A stretch of DNA of 63,479 bases from Novosphingobium sp. (GCA_031411415.1 JANOBA010000022.1:1-63479), one strand, 5' to 3'; counted from the first letter of the stretch, positions 48,976 to 58,476 are shown. The notes: generated from the letters alone by a model not told the origin. A program made the numbers and translations.

Positions 48976-49955
48976 CCCTATCGCTTCCCGATGCAGAGCA
49001 ACTGGCGCTGGTCCGGGGGGTTGCCGACTTCCTGGCGGGAGAGTTTCCGCTCACGCGTTTCCGCGGAGGGGTGCCCTGTGACATCGGCCGCTGGCCCGAT
49101 CTGGCAAGCCTCGGAATTTTCGGCATCATGCTGCCCGAGGCCGACGGCGGTTTGGGGCTGGGGGTGGTGGAAGCGGCGCTGGTCGCGCGCGAACTCGGCC
49201 AGGTGCTGATGTCGCCGGCAGTGATAGCCGGGTTGCTTGCTCCACAGGTAGCCGCGCGCGCCGGAGAAGCTGCGCTATGTGGCGCGCTGGTCGCGGGCGA
49301 GCGCCGGGTCGGCATTGCACTTGGCACGCTGGGCGACGAGGCGAGGGTCGCAGATTGCCACACCACTGCCGCGTATGGCGGGCCGTTCCTGCTGATCGAA
49401 GGCGAGACCCTAAGTCTGATCGAGGCAGGCCAACGGGCGCTCGATTGCATCGATGGCACCGTGCAACTGACAGCGGCCACGATGCCGGGCACTGTTCTGG
49501 CGCGGATCGAGGCGCCCGATCTGGCGCTCGCCGCGCAGCTTCTTGCCGCCGGGCTTTTGACCGGACTGCTTGAAACCACGCGCAACATGGCAGCCGACTA
49601 TGCCCGGACGCGGGTTCAGTTCGGGCGGCCGATCGGCGCTTTTCAGGCGATCAAGCATCGCTGCGCCGATGCTGCGCTAGGCGCGGAAATGTGCTGGACC
49701 CAGCTGTGGGCCGCAGCCAATGCGCTCGCCAGTGGACAGGCCGATGCGGAATTTCAGGTGCGCTCCGCCAAATGGCTGGCGGGCGACGAGGCGCTCAAAG
49801 CCGCGCGTTTTGATATTCAGGTACACGGCGGCATGGGCTTCACCCAGGAGGCAGACGCCCAGCTGATCCTGAAACGCTGCCATGTGCTGAACCAGATGTT
49901 CGGCAATCCGCGCCTCGTCCCGGCGCAGCTCGTTTTGCTTCCTCTGGAGGTTTAG
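48972..49955 (+). CDS. Acyl-CoA dehydrogenase-like subunit, short and likely non-catalytic
   Basis: RVQFGRPIGAFQAIKHRCAD, QVHGGMGFT. GTGA overlap with the upstream gene. Confidence 0.88.
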   Translation: MTLSLPDAEQLALVRGVADFLAGEFPLTRFRGGVPCDIGRWPDLASLGIFGIMLPEADGGLGLGVVEAALVARELGQVLMSPAVIAGLLAPQVAARAGEAALCGALVAGERRVGIALGTLGDEARVADCHTTAAYGGPFLLIEGETLSLIEAGQRALDCIDGTVQLTAATMPGTVLARIEAPDLALAAQLLAAGLLTGLLETTRNMAADYARTRVQFGRPIGAFQAIKHRCADAALGAEMCWTQLWAAANALASGQADAEFQVRSAKWLAGDEALKAARFDIQVHGGMGFTQEADAQLILKRCHVLNQMFGNPRLVPAQLVLLPLEV

Positions 49956-50741
49956 GTGATTGACGATATTCTCCGCGAAGAACGGGATGGCATTATCGTC
50001 CTGACCCTGAACCGCCCCGCCAAACGCAACGCGATGACCATCGCCATGCGGCAGGTGATCTTCGATGCAATCGACGACCTGCGCGACCGCGATGATCTCC
50101 GCGTGCTGCTGCTGCGCTCGGGAGGCGCCTTCTTCACCGCCGGTATCGACATCGTCGAACACGCCGAGCATTTCCCCAACACGCGTTCAATGCAGACCTT
50201 TCGCCGCGACTATCGCCGCAACATCCATCGCTTCTTCGACGAGATGGAGATGGTGGAGAAGCCGGTGGTAATGGCCATCAACGGACCGTGTCTTGGCATT
50301 GGTCTGGAAATGGCGGGCGCGGCCGATTTCCGGCTGGCATCGACCGAGGCGCGCTTCGGCCTGCCGGAAGTGGACCTTGGCATGATCGCCGGATCGGGCG
50401 GCACCAGCCGGATTGTCCGGCTGTGCGGGGTCGGCTGGGCCAAATGGCTGGGCATGGCGGGCGAACCAATGGATGCACAGACCGCTATGATGGCAGGTTT
50501 GGTTCAGGCGGTGTGGGAGCCGGGTGAGTTCGAGGATCAGGTCTGGGCCTTCTGCAGGCGCCTCGCAGGCAAGGATGCAGATGCAGTCGGCGTTGCCAAG
50601 CTCGCCATCGACCTGTGCAAGGATCTGGATCGCCAGGGCGGCCGCACGGTTGAGCGCATCGCCAACACACCACTCACCTTGCGTGACAATTCAACCCGCA
50701 TTGCGGACCGTCTCAAGACGGGAGGGAAGGACAAGAAATGA
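49956..50741 (+). CDS. Enoyl-CoA hydratase
   Basis: TLNRPAKRNA, GIGLE and LPE, so both canonical glutamates are present. Confidence 0.9.
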   Translation: MIDDILREERDGIIVLTLNRPAKRNAMTIAMRQVIFDAIDDLRDRDDLRVLLLRSGGAFFTAGIDIVEHAEHFPNTRSMQTFRRDYRRNIHRFFDEMEMVEKPVVMAINGPCLGIGLEMAGAADFRLASTEARFGLPEVDLGMIAGSGGTSRIVRLCGVGWAKWLGMAGEPMDAQTAMMAGLVQAVWEPGEFEDQVWAFCRRLAGKDADAVGVAKLAIDLCKDLDRQGGRTVERIANTPLTLRDNSTRIADRLKTGGKDKK

Positions 50742-51565
50742 GCTGGAAAACGATCCTGTTCGAAAAGCGCGGACACACGGCCTGCATCACGCTCAACCGA
50801 CCGGAGGTGCTCAACTCGATCTCGATCGAGATGATGAAGGAGCTGCAGAATGCCTACAGGCAAGTCGAGGAAGACGACGATATCTGGACCCTGATCATCA
50901 CCGGTGCGGGCAGGAAGGCCTTGTGCACTGGCGCCGATATGGCGGTGTTCGAGCTGACGCTGAAGGATGGCCAGCCGAGCGGCATCGACATGTGGGGCGA
51001 GCCGATCCTGTCCTCGCTTCGCCAGTGGGAAGTGCCGCAGGAGGCGACACCGCCCTATCTCCAGATGACCAAGCCGATCATTTGCGCGGTTAACGGCATC
51101 GTATGTGGCGCGGGGCTGGATCTGGTGTCGACTTGCGACATCGCCATCGCCGCCGATCATGCGAAGTTCTTTGATCCGCACGTGTCGATCGGCGTCGTCT
51201 CGGGCCGCGAGATGGTGCGCATGGCGCGCGTTCTGCCGCTGCAGGTGGCGATGCGCATGGCGCTGATGGGCAAGCATGAAAAGATGAACGCGGAGCGCGC
51301 CTATCAGCTGGGTCTGATCACCGAAGTGGTGCCGTCGGAGAGCCTCATGGAGCGCGCCTGGGAGATCGCCGACACAATCAACCTCAATGCGCCGCTGGCT
51401 GTGCGCGGCACCCGCATGGCGATCCGCAAGGGGCTGACCTTGCCGATCTATGAGGCGGAACTGCTCGCCGAGAGCTACCGCGTCCGCTGCGCGCGCACCG
51501 ACGATGCCGTCGAGGGCCCGACCGCTTTCATGGAAAAGCGTGAGCCCGTCTGGAAAGTTGGCTGA
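50738..51565 (+). CDS. Crotonase family protein with D/H at the usual Glu positions
   Basis: TLNRPEVLNS, LCTGADM, GAGLD, FFDPHV, AFMEKR. Confidence 0.9.
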   Translation: MSWKTILFEKRGHTACITLNRPEVLNSISIEMMKELQNAYRQVEEDDDIWTLIITGAGRKALCTGADMAVFELTLKDGQPSGIDMWGEPILSSLRQWEVPQEATPPYLQMTKPIICAVNGIVCGAGLDLVSTCDIAIAADHAKFFDPHVSIGVVSGREMVRMARVLPLQVAMRMALMGKHEKMNAERAYQLGLITEVVPSESLMERAWEIADTINLNAPLAVRGTRMAIRKGLTLPIYEAELLAESYRVRCARTDDAVEGPTAFMEKREPVWKVG

Positions 51566-51585
51566 ACGGGCAAAGGGAGCGGGTC

Positions 51586-52770
51586 ATGCAACAGGTATTC
51601 AAGGGGCTTCGCGTCCTCGATTTCGGACGGTTCATCGCCGCGCCCTTTTGCAGCGCAATCTTCGCCGATCTGGGTGCTGATGTGATCCGTATCGAAAAGC
51701 GCGAAGGCGGCGAGGACCGCTGGGTTCAGCCGGTAGGGCCGAACGGCGCTGGGGCGAGCTATCTCGGCAACAACCGCAACAAACGCGCGATGACGCTCGA
51801 CACCACCACGCCCGAGGGGCAGGAAATAGCGCGGCGGCTGATCGCAACTGCCGATGTGGTCGTTGCCAATATGCCTGACGCAGCGATGAAGGCCAACGGG
51901 CTCGATTATGCGAGCCTCAAAGCGATCAAGCCCGATATCATCCTGGCCTGTGCCACAGCCTATGGCCGCGGCGGGCCTTACAGTGATCGTGTCGGTTTCG
52001 ACGGCATCGGTCAGGTCATGTCGGGGGCGGTCTATCGCACGGGCTCGGCCGAACAGCCCTATCGCACGGCCGTTCCCTATGTCGATTATACGACGGCGCT
52101 GTGCCTGGCGCTTGGCACAATGGCCGCCATCATCCACCGAAATGCCACCGGCGAGGGGCAGGAAGTCGAGGCTGCGCTGCTTTCAAGCGCGCTGATGATG
52201 TCCAATGCGCTGTGCATCGAACAGGCCATCCTGCAACAGGATCGGGGCCGTTTTGGCAACAAGGGCGTGGCAATTGGCCCATCGGACCTGTTTCCGGTCG
52301 ATGACGGCTGGGTTCTGATCCAGATCACCGGGCAGCCAATGTTCAAGCGCTGGTGCCGCCTCATCGAACGCGAGGAATGGTTCACCGATCCCCGCTTCGG
52401 CGATGACGAAATGCGCGCCCGGAATATCGATGTGCTGAACGTGCGGATGACCGAGTGGTGCGCCGGCAAGTCCATTCCCGAGGTTATGGCTGCATTGGAA
52501 GGCGCGCGCATTCCCGGTTCGCCAGTGCTTTCGCCGCAGCAGGCGATCGACGATCCGCATGTGCAGGCAATGGGCTATCTTAAGCCGCTTGACTATCCGG
52601 GACTGCCCGTACCCGCGCCGGTCATCGAAACGCCGTTCCGCATGTCGGCAACCCCGCCCAGCGTCCGCGAACGGGCTCCGACACTTGGCGAGCATACCGA
52701 GACATTGCTGGGCGATCTTGGCTATGACGCCAGCGCGATTGAGGGATTTCGGGCGCGCGGCGTGGTGTAA
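51586..52770 (+). CDS. CaiB/BaiF CoA-transferase, paralog of 38034-39227
   Basis: GLRVLDFGRFIAAP, NRNKR, PYVDY. Confidence 0.92.
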   Translation: MQQVFKGLRVLDFGRFIAAPFCSAIFADLGADVIRIEKREGGEDRWVQPVGPNGAGASYLGNNRNKRAMTLDTTTPEGQEIARRLIATADVVVANMPDAAMKANGLDYASLKAIKPDIILACATAYGRGGPYSDRVGFDGIGQVMSGAVYRTGSAEQPYRTAVPYVDYTTALCLALGTMAAIIHRNATGEGQEVEAALLSSALMMSNALCIEQAILQQDRGRFGNKGVAIGPSDLFPVDDGWVLIQITGQPMFKRWCRLIEREEWFTDPRFGDDEMRARNIDVLNVRMTEWCAGKSIPEVMAALEGARIPGSPVLSPQQAIDDPHVQAMGYLKPLDYPGLPVPAPVIETPFRMSATPPSVRERAPTLGEHTETLLGDLGYDASAIEGFRARGVV

Positions 52771-52782
52771 TGTCCAGCCGGA

Positions 52783-53676
52783 CTATGTCGGAGTCAGGGC
52801 CGGCGTCAGCCCGTCCAGCCCGGAATTGGGCCGCGCCTCGCGGTGCAGGCGGAGCAATTCGTCGCCCAGGCTGGCGACAGTCCAAGGCACATCGGTCTCG
52901 ATCACAGGGCCGCGCACCCAGCTTTCGGCAATGGAAATGCGATCGCCGCGCATTTCGTAAACCCGGCCGGTGATGTCCTTTGCCGCCTCGCTGGCCAGCC
53001 AAACGACGGCGGGCGCGATGGTCGCGGGATCATAGCGGTCAAACTTGCCTGCTTTGCGGTTTTCGGCGGGTATCAGATGCTCGCTCATCCGCGTCGCTGC
53101 GGCAGGGCCGACGCAATTCACTCTGATGCCATAGCGCGCCAGTTCGACCGCCGCTGTGACGGTAAGGTTGGCAACGCCGGCTTTTGCCGCGCCGTAATTG
53201 GCCTGCCCGACATTGTGATAAAGCCCGGCGGCTGAACCCATGTTGATGATCGCGGCGCTCAACGGACCTGCTTTTGCCAGCTCCCGCCAATGCCGCGCCG
53301 CTGCTTGCAGGGGCGCAAAAGTGCCGCGCAAATTAATCCGCACCGAATTGTCCCATTCCTCGGGGGTCATGTTGATGATGGTGCGGTCGAACACAGCGCC
53401 GGCATTGTTGACCAGCACATCCAGGCCGCCGAACTCTTCTGCTGCCGTGGCAATCAACTCGGCCGCAGTCGAGAAATCGGAAATATCGCCCGCGTGGGCA
53501 ATGGCGGTTCCGCCTGCTGCGCGAATCTCGGCGGCAACGCTTTTCGCCGTTTCGGGCGAACGATTGTTGACCACGACACGGGCGCCGTTGAGAGCGAATT
53601 CCAGCGCCACCGCCCGGCCGATGCCGCGCCCCGCACCGGTGACGATGACCACCTTATCTAGAAAGGGTGCACTCAT
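52783..53676 (-). CDS. Short-chain dehydrogenase/reductase (MFE-2/(R)-3-hydroxyacyl-CoA dehydrogenase-like)
   Basis: TGAGRGIG, NNAG, GQANYGAAK, PAAATRM. Confidence 0.9.
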   Translation of the reverse strand: MSAPFLDKVVIVTGAGRGIGRAVALEFALNGARVVVNNRSPETAKSVAAEIRAAGGTAIAHAGDISDFSTAAELIATAAEEFGGLDVLVNNAGAVFDRTIINMTPEEWDNSVRINLRGTFAPLQAAARHWRELAKAGPLSAAIINMGSAAGLYHNVGQANYGAAKAGVANLTVTAAVELARYGIRVNCVGPAAATRMSEHLIPAENRKAGKFDRYDPATIAPAVVWLASEAAKDITGRVYEMRGDRISIAESWVRGPVIETDVPWTVASLGDELLRLHREARPNSGLDGLTPALTPT

Positions 53677-53842
53677 TTCGGCTCACTCCCAGGCGCCGCG
53701 CCGCCGATAACGCCAAAACTGCAGTCGATCTGGCCAGTCGCCTATCCTAGCCGCGCAGCGATGAATTAGTAAACTGTTTGACAGAAGCGGCAGTGGCAGT
53801 CTTTTAGGCCGAGGCAAATTCTGCCGCACAGTGGAGTTGGGA

Positions 53843-56047
53843 ATGCAGCTCGATCCATCCGAAGACCAGTTGATGATGAGCGACATGTTCGCGCGCTTTC
53901 TGGATGCGGAAAGTTCCATTGCAAGAGTCCGCCAGGCTCTCGCCGATGGCGGCTTCGATGCCGTACTGTGGCGGGGTCTGGCCGAACAGGGCGCGCTGGC
54001 TATCCGGGTGCCGGAAGAAAGCGGTGGTCTTGGCCTCGGTATCTTCGATGCGGTGTTGCTGATGGAGGAAGCCGGGCGGACCCTCGTCTCCGGCCCGCTG
54101 GCTGAAGCAATCGTCGCCGCGCGGCTGCTGGCAGAGCTCGATCCGCAGGACGAATGCGGCTTGCGGGATGCTGCGGCAAGCGGTGAGATTGTTCTGACCA
54201 TCGCGCTGCATGATGTCGCGGTGCAACCCGAGCAGTTGGTTGCCGGGGGCGCGGTTGCCGAAGCCGTGATCGCGCGCGATGGTGATGCCATCGTTCTGGT
54301 GCGGCCCGGTGCGAGCGGGGCGGAAAGGACACTGGCCTCCACCCCGATTGGCCGCCTTGACCTGGCGAGCGGCGAACAGACAGTTCTGGGTTCAGGCGGC
54401 GCAGCGCTCGCGGCCTATGGCGCAGCGCTGGAAGAATGGAAGCTGTTGATCGCGGCGGCGCTGGCCGGCCTGTCGCGCGAAGCGATCCGCATTGCCTCAC
54501 TTTATGCCTGCGAGCGCATCCAGTTCGGCCGCCCGATCGGCAGCTATCAGGGCGTATCGCATCCGCTCGCCGATGCCATCGTCGAGGTGGACGCCGGCCG
54601 GCAGATGCTGTGGCGCGCAATCCGCGCGGTGGCCGATGGCGAGGCGGATGCCGCAGAACGCGTGTCGATTGCCACCTGGTGGGCGGGGCAGGCGGCGGAG
54701 AAGGCAGTTGTGCGTGGGCTGCACACATTCGGCGGCTATGGCCTGACGCTTGAATACGATATCCACCTGTTCAACTTGCGCTCGCGCAGCCTGCTGCTGG
54801 TGCTGGGCGATCCGGAACTGTTGCTGGAAGAGGCTGCGCGCCGCCGTTATGGAGGTGAAACCGCAAGCCTGCCGGAAGCAGGCCCCATGGCAGTCGAATA
54901 CGGTCTGGGCGATGAGGCCGAAGCGCTGGCTGCGGAAACCCGCGCTTTCTTCGAAACAACCATGACACCCGAATTACGCGCCAAAGCGCATTATTCCTAT
55001 GCCGGTCACGATGCGGGCGTGCACCGCAAGCTGGCCGAGGCGGGGCTCCTGTTCCCCGATTGGCCAAAGCGGATCGGCGGGCGCGAGGTTAGCACGTATG
55101 CGATGAAGGCGTCGCACAAGGTCTGGGAGGATTATGACTGGACTACCCACGGGCATGGCACGGCGAATATCATCGGCCTGATGATTGATCGCTATGGCAG
55201 CGACCAGTGCAAGGCGGACATTCTTTCGAAGATCATCGCGGGCGAGATTATCTGCGCGCTTGGTTACAGCGAGCCGGGCTCAGGCTCGGACGTATTTGCC
55301 GCAAAGACCCGCGCGACGCAGCAGGACGACGGCAGCTGGCGGATCGACGGGCAGAAAATGTTCACCAGCGGCGCCGAACACAGCGACTACGTCATCTTGC
55401 TCGCCCGAACCGATCCCGAGGCGCCCAAGCACAGGGGTGTCAGCATGTTCATGGTGCCCTTGAAGACCGAGGGCGTGACCATTCAGGAGGTCAAGACCTT
55501 TCAGGACGAACGCACCAACATCACCTTTTACGACGGGGTGATCGTGCCCGATGCCTATCGGCTGGGTGAGGTAAATGGCGGGGTCAAAGTGATGTCGCTG
55601 GCGCTGGAGATCGAACAGGGCATGACCTTCGGCCCCTATCAGGAACGCATGGTGCACGCCGCAGAGCGGCTCTGCCAGGCGGCCCGGCGGCAGGGCAAGC
55701 CAGCGATTGAAGATCCGGCGGTGCAACGGCGATTGACCCGGGCCTGGGCCAATGCGCTGGCTTCCAAAGCCCTGCACGACCGCATCCTGTGGGTGACGGC
55801 CGAGGGCAAGCAGAACCTTGCCTATGGCCCGGCGGTCAAGATGTTTTCGTCAGAAGCCTACCGCGCCGATTCCTTCGACCTGCTCAGCCTGACGGCACCC
55901 GAATCTCTGGCTTTCGCATCGAGGGACGCGGCCTTTATCAACCAATGCTATCGCCATTCGCAGGTCGCTACCGTCTATGGCGGGACCAGCGAGGTGCAGC
56001 GCAGCCAGGTGGCGGAAAAGCAACTTGGCCTGCCGCGCACGCGCTGA
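53843..56047 (+). CDS. Fused tandem acyl-CoA dehydrogenase, paralog of 4780-7002
   Basis: FLDAESSIARVR, RIQFGRPIGSYQ, GYSEPGSGSD, GQKMFTSG, VYGGTSEVQR. Confidence 0.88.
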   Translation: MQLDPSEDQLMMSDMFARFLDAESSIARVRQALADGGFDAVLWRGLAEQGALAIRVPEESGGLGLGIFDAVLLMEEAGRTLVSGPLAEAIVAARLLAELDPQDECGLRDAAASGEIVLTIALHDVAVQPEQLVAGGAVAEAVIARDGDAIVLVRPGASGAERTLASTPIGRLDLASGEQTVLGSGGAALAAYGAALEEWKLLIAAALAGLSREAIRIASLYACERIQFGRPIGSYQGVSHPLADAIVEVDAGRQMLWRAIRAVADGEADAAERVSIATWWAGQAAEKAVVRGLHTFGGYGLTLEYDIHLFNLRSRSLLLVLGDPELLLEEAARRRYGGETASLPEAGPMAVEYGLGDEAEALAAETRAFFETTMTPELRAKAHYSYAGHDAGVHRKLAEAGLLFPDWPKRIGGREVSTYAMKASHKVWEDYDWTTHGHGTANIIGLMIDRYGSDQCKADILSKIIAGEIICALGYSEPGSGSDVFAAKTRATQQDDGSWRIDGQKMFTSGAEHSDYVILLARTDPEAPKHRGVSMFMVPLKTEGVTIQEVKTFQDERTNITFYDGVIVPDAYRLGEVNGGVKVMSLALEIEQGMTFGPYQERMVHAAERLCQAARRQGKPAIEDPAVQRRLTRAWANALASKALHDRILWVTAEGKQNLAYGPAVKMFSSEAYRADSFDLLSLTAPESLAFASRDAAFINQCYRHSQVATVYGGTSEVQRSQVAEKQLGLPRTR

Positions 56048-56150
56048 CGGTTGCGGCTCCCTGCATAAATAGATACCTAAATCGCCGGCTGCCTGATTGG
56101 CAGGCTGGTATAGTGTGATGCGGTGCCGTCTGGCGCCTTGGGGAGGGTCA

Positions 56151-56921
56151 ATGTCAGAAGTTATCGAGGAACGTCCGGTATCTGGCGTTGCATTGCTGCG
56201 CATCAATCGGCCCGAGGTGCTGAACGCGCTGAACATGAGCGTGCGGGCGACGCTTGCCGAGATCATTACCCGGCTGGACGGCGATGCCGAAACCCGCGCC
56301 ATCGTCATCACCGGGGACGAGAAAGCCTTCGCTGCCGGTGCCGATCTCGTCGAGCTTAAGGCGCGGAAAGTTCACGACAAGGCGTTTCGTGAATCGCGTG
56401 TCGCGTGGACTGCCATGGAGGCGTGCCGCATCCCCATTATCGCTGCGGTCAATGGCTTTGCGCTTGGGGGTGGCTGCGAGCTCGCGCTCCATTGCGACAT
56501 CATCATTGCCGGAGAAGGCGCACGCTTCGGTTTGCCGGAGGTGCGCGTAGGTATCATGCCGGGTGCGGGCGGCACCCAGCGGCTACTGCGCGCGGCGGGC
56601 AAGTTCAAGGCGATGCGCTATGCATTGACCGGCGACCACATTCCGGGGGCCGAAGCCGCCGCTATGGGTTTGGCATCCGAATGCGTTGCCGATGCCGATG
56701 TCTTGCCACACGCGATCAAAATCGCGTCGAAGATTGCCTCGCTGCCGCCAATCTCGGTCGATTTCATCAAGGAAGTCATCAATCTGGGTGCGGACGCCTC
56801 GCTGGAAACCGCGCTTATTCTGGAGCGCAAGGCATTCCAGCTGCTGTTCGCAACCGAAGACCGCAACGAAGGCATCGCCGCCTTCCTGGAGAAGCGCAAG
56901 CCAGGCTTTCAAGGCCGCTGA
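56151..56921 (+). CDS. Enoyl-CoA hydratase (canonical)
   Basis: FAAGAD, GGGCE, LPEVRVGIMPGAGGTQRL. GGAGG RBS. Confidence 0.93.
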   Translation: MSEVIEERPVSGVALLRINRPEVLNALNMSVRATLAEIITRLDGDAETRAIVITGDEKAFAAGADLVELKARKVHDKAFRESRVAWTAMEACRIPIIAAVNGFALGGGCELALHCDIIIAGEGARFGLPEVRVGIMPGAGGTQRLLRAAGKFKAMRYALTGDHIPGAEAAAMGLASECVADADVLPHAIKIASKIASLPPISVDFIKEVINLGADASLETALILERKAFQLLFATEDRNEGIAAFLEKRKPGFQGR

Positions 56922-56962
56922 GGACGCGGGAGGCGGAACTGCCGTTCGTTGCGTCTATGGCC

Positions 56963-58471
56963 TCAGCGGCAAGCCGGGTTGCCGGCAGAGGGCATGGCGA
57001 GGAAGGCGATTGACTGACCCGGCACAGCAATGCTTCCGTTTGCCTCGGCTGCGTCGAGTCCGGTGAGCTCGCCGCGCGGATTGAGGCCGGGAACGTTGCC
57101 ATTGACCCGCGCATCGCGAGTATCGAGCGGCTGCCCGCTCAACACCCAGGCCTGCGCCCTACCGCCCGTCGCGACTTGCTGCGATGCCGCGCCGGTATTG
57201 ATCGCGACGAGGCCGACACCGCCCCTGCCGACGGGCAGGCAGTGGGCATAGAGGCGCAGTTCCGGCGATGGCGATTGCGGCGCGGCGAGCACTGTGCTGC
57301 CCATGGTCCGCTTCCACAGCACGGCGGCCCAGTAGTTTGGCCGGGGAGCGCCGCTATCCTGATCGATCAGGCCATAATCGGAGGCGTCGAGAGTGTTGTG
57401 GGCGATTACCTGTACGCCCTTTTGCGCCAGTGCGCCGAGCTGGTTGACGAAGCGGAAGCTGTCGCGGAACGACGACGCCCAAGGACTGCCGCCGCAGGCC
57501 GCCTGCGCGGTTTCATTGAGCCACAACGGCTTGCCAGGTTCCAGCCGATCGCGCAGATCGGCGTAAAACCTAAAGTCGGTGGAGGTGAGAGCAAGAAATT
57601 CGCTCGAAAGCGCCTTTTCCGGCACGCCCATCGGCATTGGCCCGCAGCGCAGTGATACCGCCCCGTAGTGGTGGTAAGAGACAATATCGAGGCTTCCGGG
57701 ATTCTGACCCATCAGTTCTTCAGAAGTGAGTGTGCCCAGTCCGCCATTGCCTGAGCCTTGCTTGAGCATCGTGCCCTCGGCGGTGCCCCCCGCTCCGGTC
57801 AGTTGCATCTGCGGCGCGGCGCGGCGGGCCCAGCTGCGGAAAATCCGGAAATCGCGGCCGAAATCGGCAGCGGAATAGCCATCGGGAAATGCGCCGTGCT
57901 GCGGCATGTTCGGCTCGTTGAACAGTTCGGCACCATAGATATCGCCACCTGCCGAACGGGTGAGATCGAGCAGCCGCTGGGCCTGCGCCGGGTTCCAGCT
58001 GCCATCGGCGTCACGCGCGCCAGCGCTGGCTGGAAAGCTGGTGACGATTTTTGCATCGACGGCTTTGGCGAAAGCGACCACGCCGCGCCACTGGTCGCGG
58101 GTCAGCACTTGATTGAAACCTGAGGGCGGTGCGGTGATGTTTTCGCCTTCGGCAGGCAGATAAGTGCTGTTTGCCCAAGTTCCCGAAACGCGGATGTAGG
58201 CCGGCCCCAGATGGCGGGCCAGTGCGCGCAGGCGCGGGCTGGCAAGATCGACTGGCGGGCGCGTGCGGTAGCGCTCGCCGGGCGGGCCTCCGAACGGCGC
58301 CCAGAACCGCCCGCCGGTGACTTCGACCATCTCGACATTGTAGGAGAGATACCGCGCCTCGACTTCGGCCACGCGGGGAAGGGCGGCGAGCCCGGATGGG
58401 CGCGCGGGCGGAGTGGTGGCGCAGGCGGCGAGCGCCAGAGCAGCGGCGCCGGTCAGGGCTTTTTTCGGCAT
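56963..58471 (-). CDS. GH79-like beta-glucuronidase/heparanase-like lipoprotein
   Basis: MPKKALTGAAALALAAC lipobox, YIRVSGT, ELFNEP (acid/base), WLNET (nucleophile), DYGLID, PRPNYW...LWKRTMG. Confidence 0.78.
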   Translation of the reverse strand: MPKKALTGAAALALAACATTPPARPSGLAALPRVAEVEARYLSYNVEMVEVTGGRFWAPFGGPPGERYRTRPPVDLASPRLRALARHLGPAYIRVSGTWANSTYLPAEGENITAPPSGFNQVLTRDQWRGVVAFAKAVDAKIVTSFPASAGARDADGSWNPAQAQRLLDLTRSAGGDIYGAELFNEPNMPQHGAFPDGYSAADFGRDFRIFRSWARRAAPQMQLTGAGGTAEGTMLKQGSGNGGLGTLTSEELMGQNPGSLDIVSYHHYGAVSLRCGPMPMGVPEKALSSEFLALTSTDFRFYADLRDRLEPGKPLWLNETAQAACGGSPWASSFRDSFRFVNQLGALAQKGVQVIAHNTLDASDYGLIDQDSGAPRPNYWAAVLWKRTMGSTVLAAPQSPSPELRLYAHCLPVGRGGVGLVAINTGAASQQVATGGRAQAWVLSGQPLDTRDARVNGNVPGLNPRGELTGLDAAEANGSIAVPGQSIAFLAMPSAGNPACR

Positions 58472-58476
58472 GATGT

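Noticed and set aside
1-56921. Calling the island a mobile genomic island or a canonical steroid/phenylacetate/lignin pathway
   Set aside because: No integrase, transposase, tRNA or flanking repeat, and no obvious compositional break by eye. Hallmark genes (kstD, kshA, hsaC, paaABCE, ligAB) were not recognised.
56922-56962. Imperfect hairpin between the convergent crotonase and GH79 genes
   Set aside because: Weak, bulged stem with no U-tract, so it cannot be supported as an intrinsic terminator.
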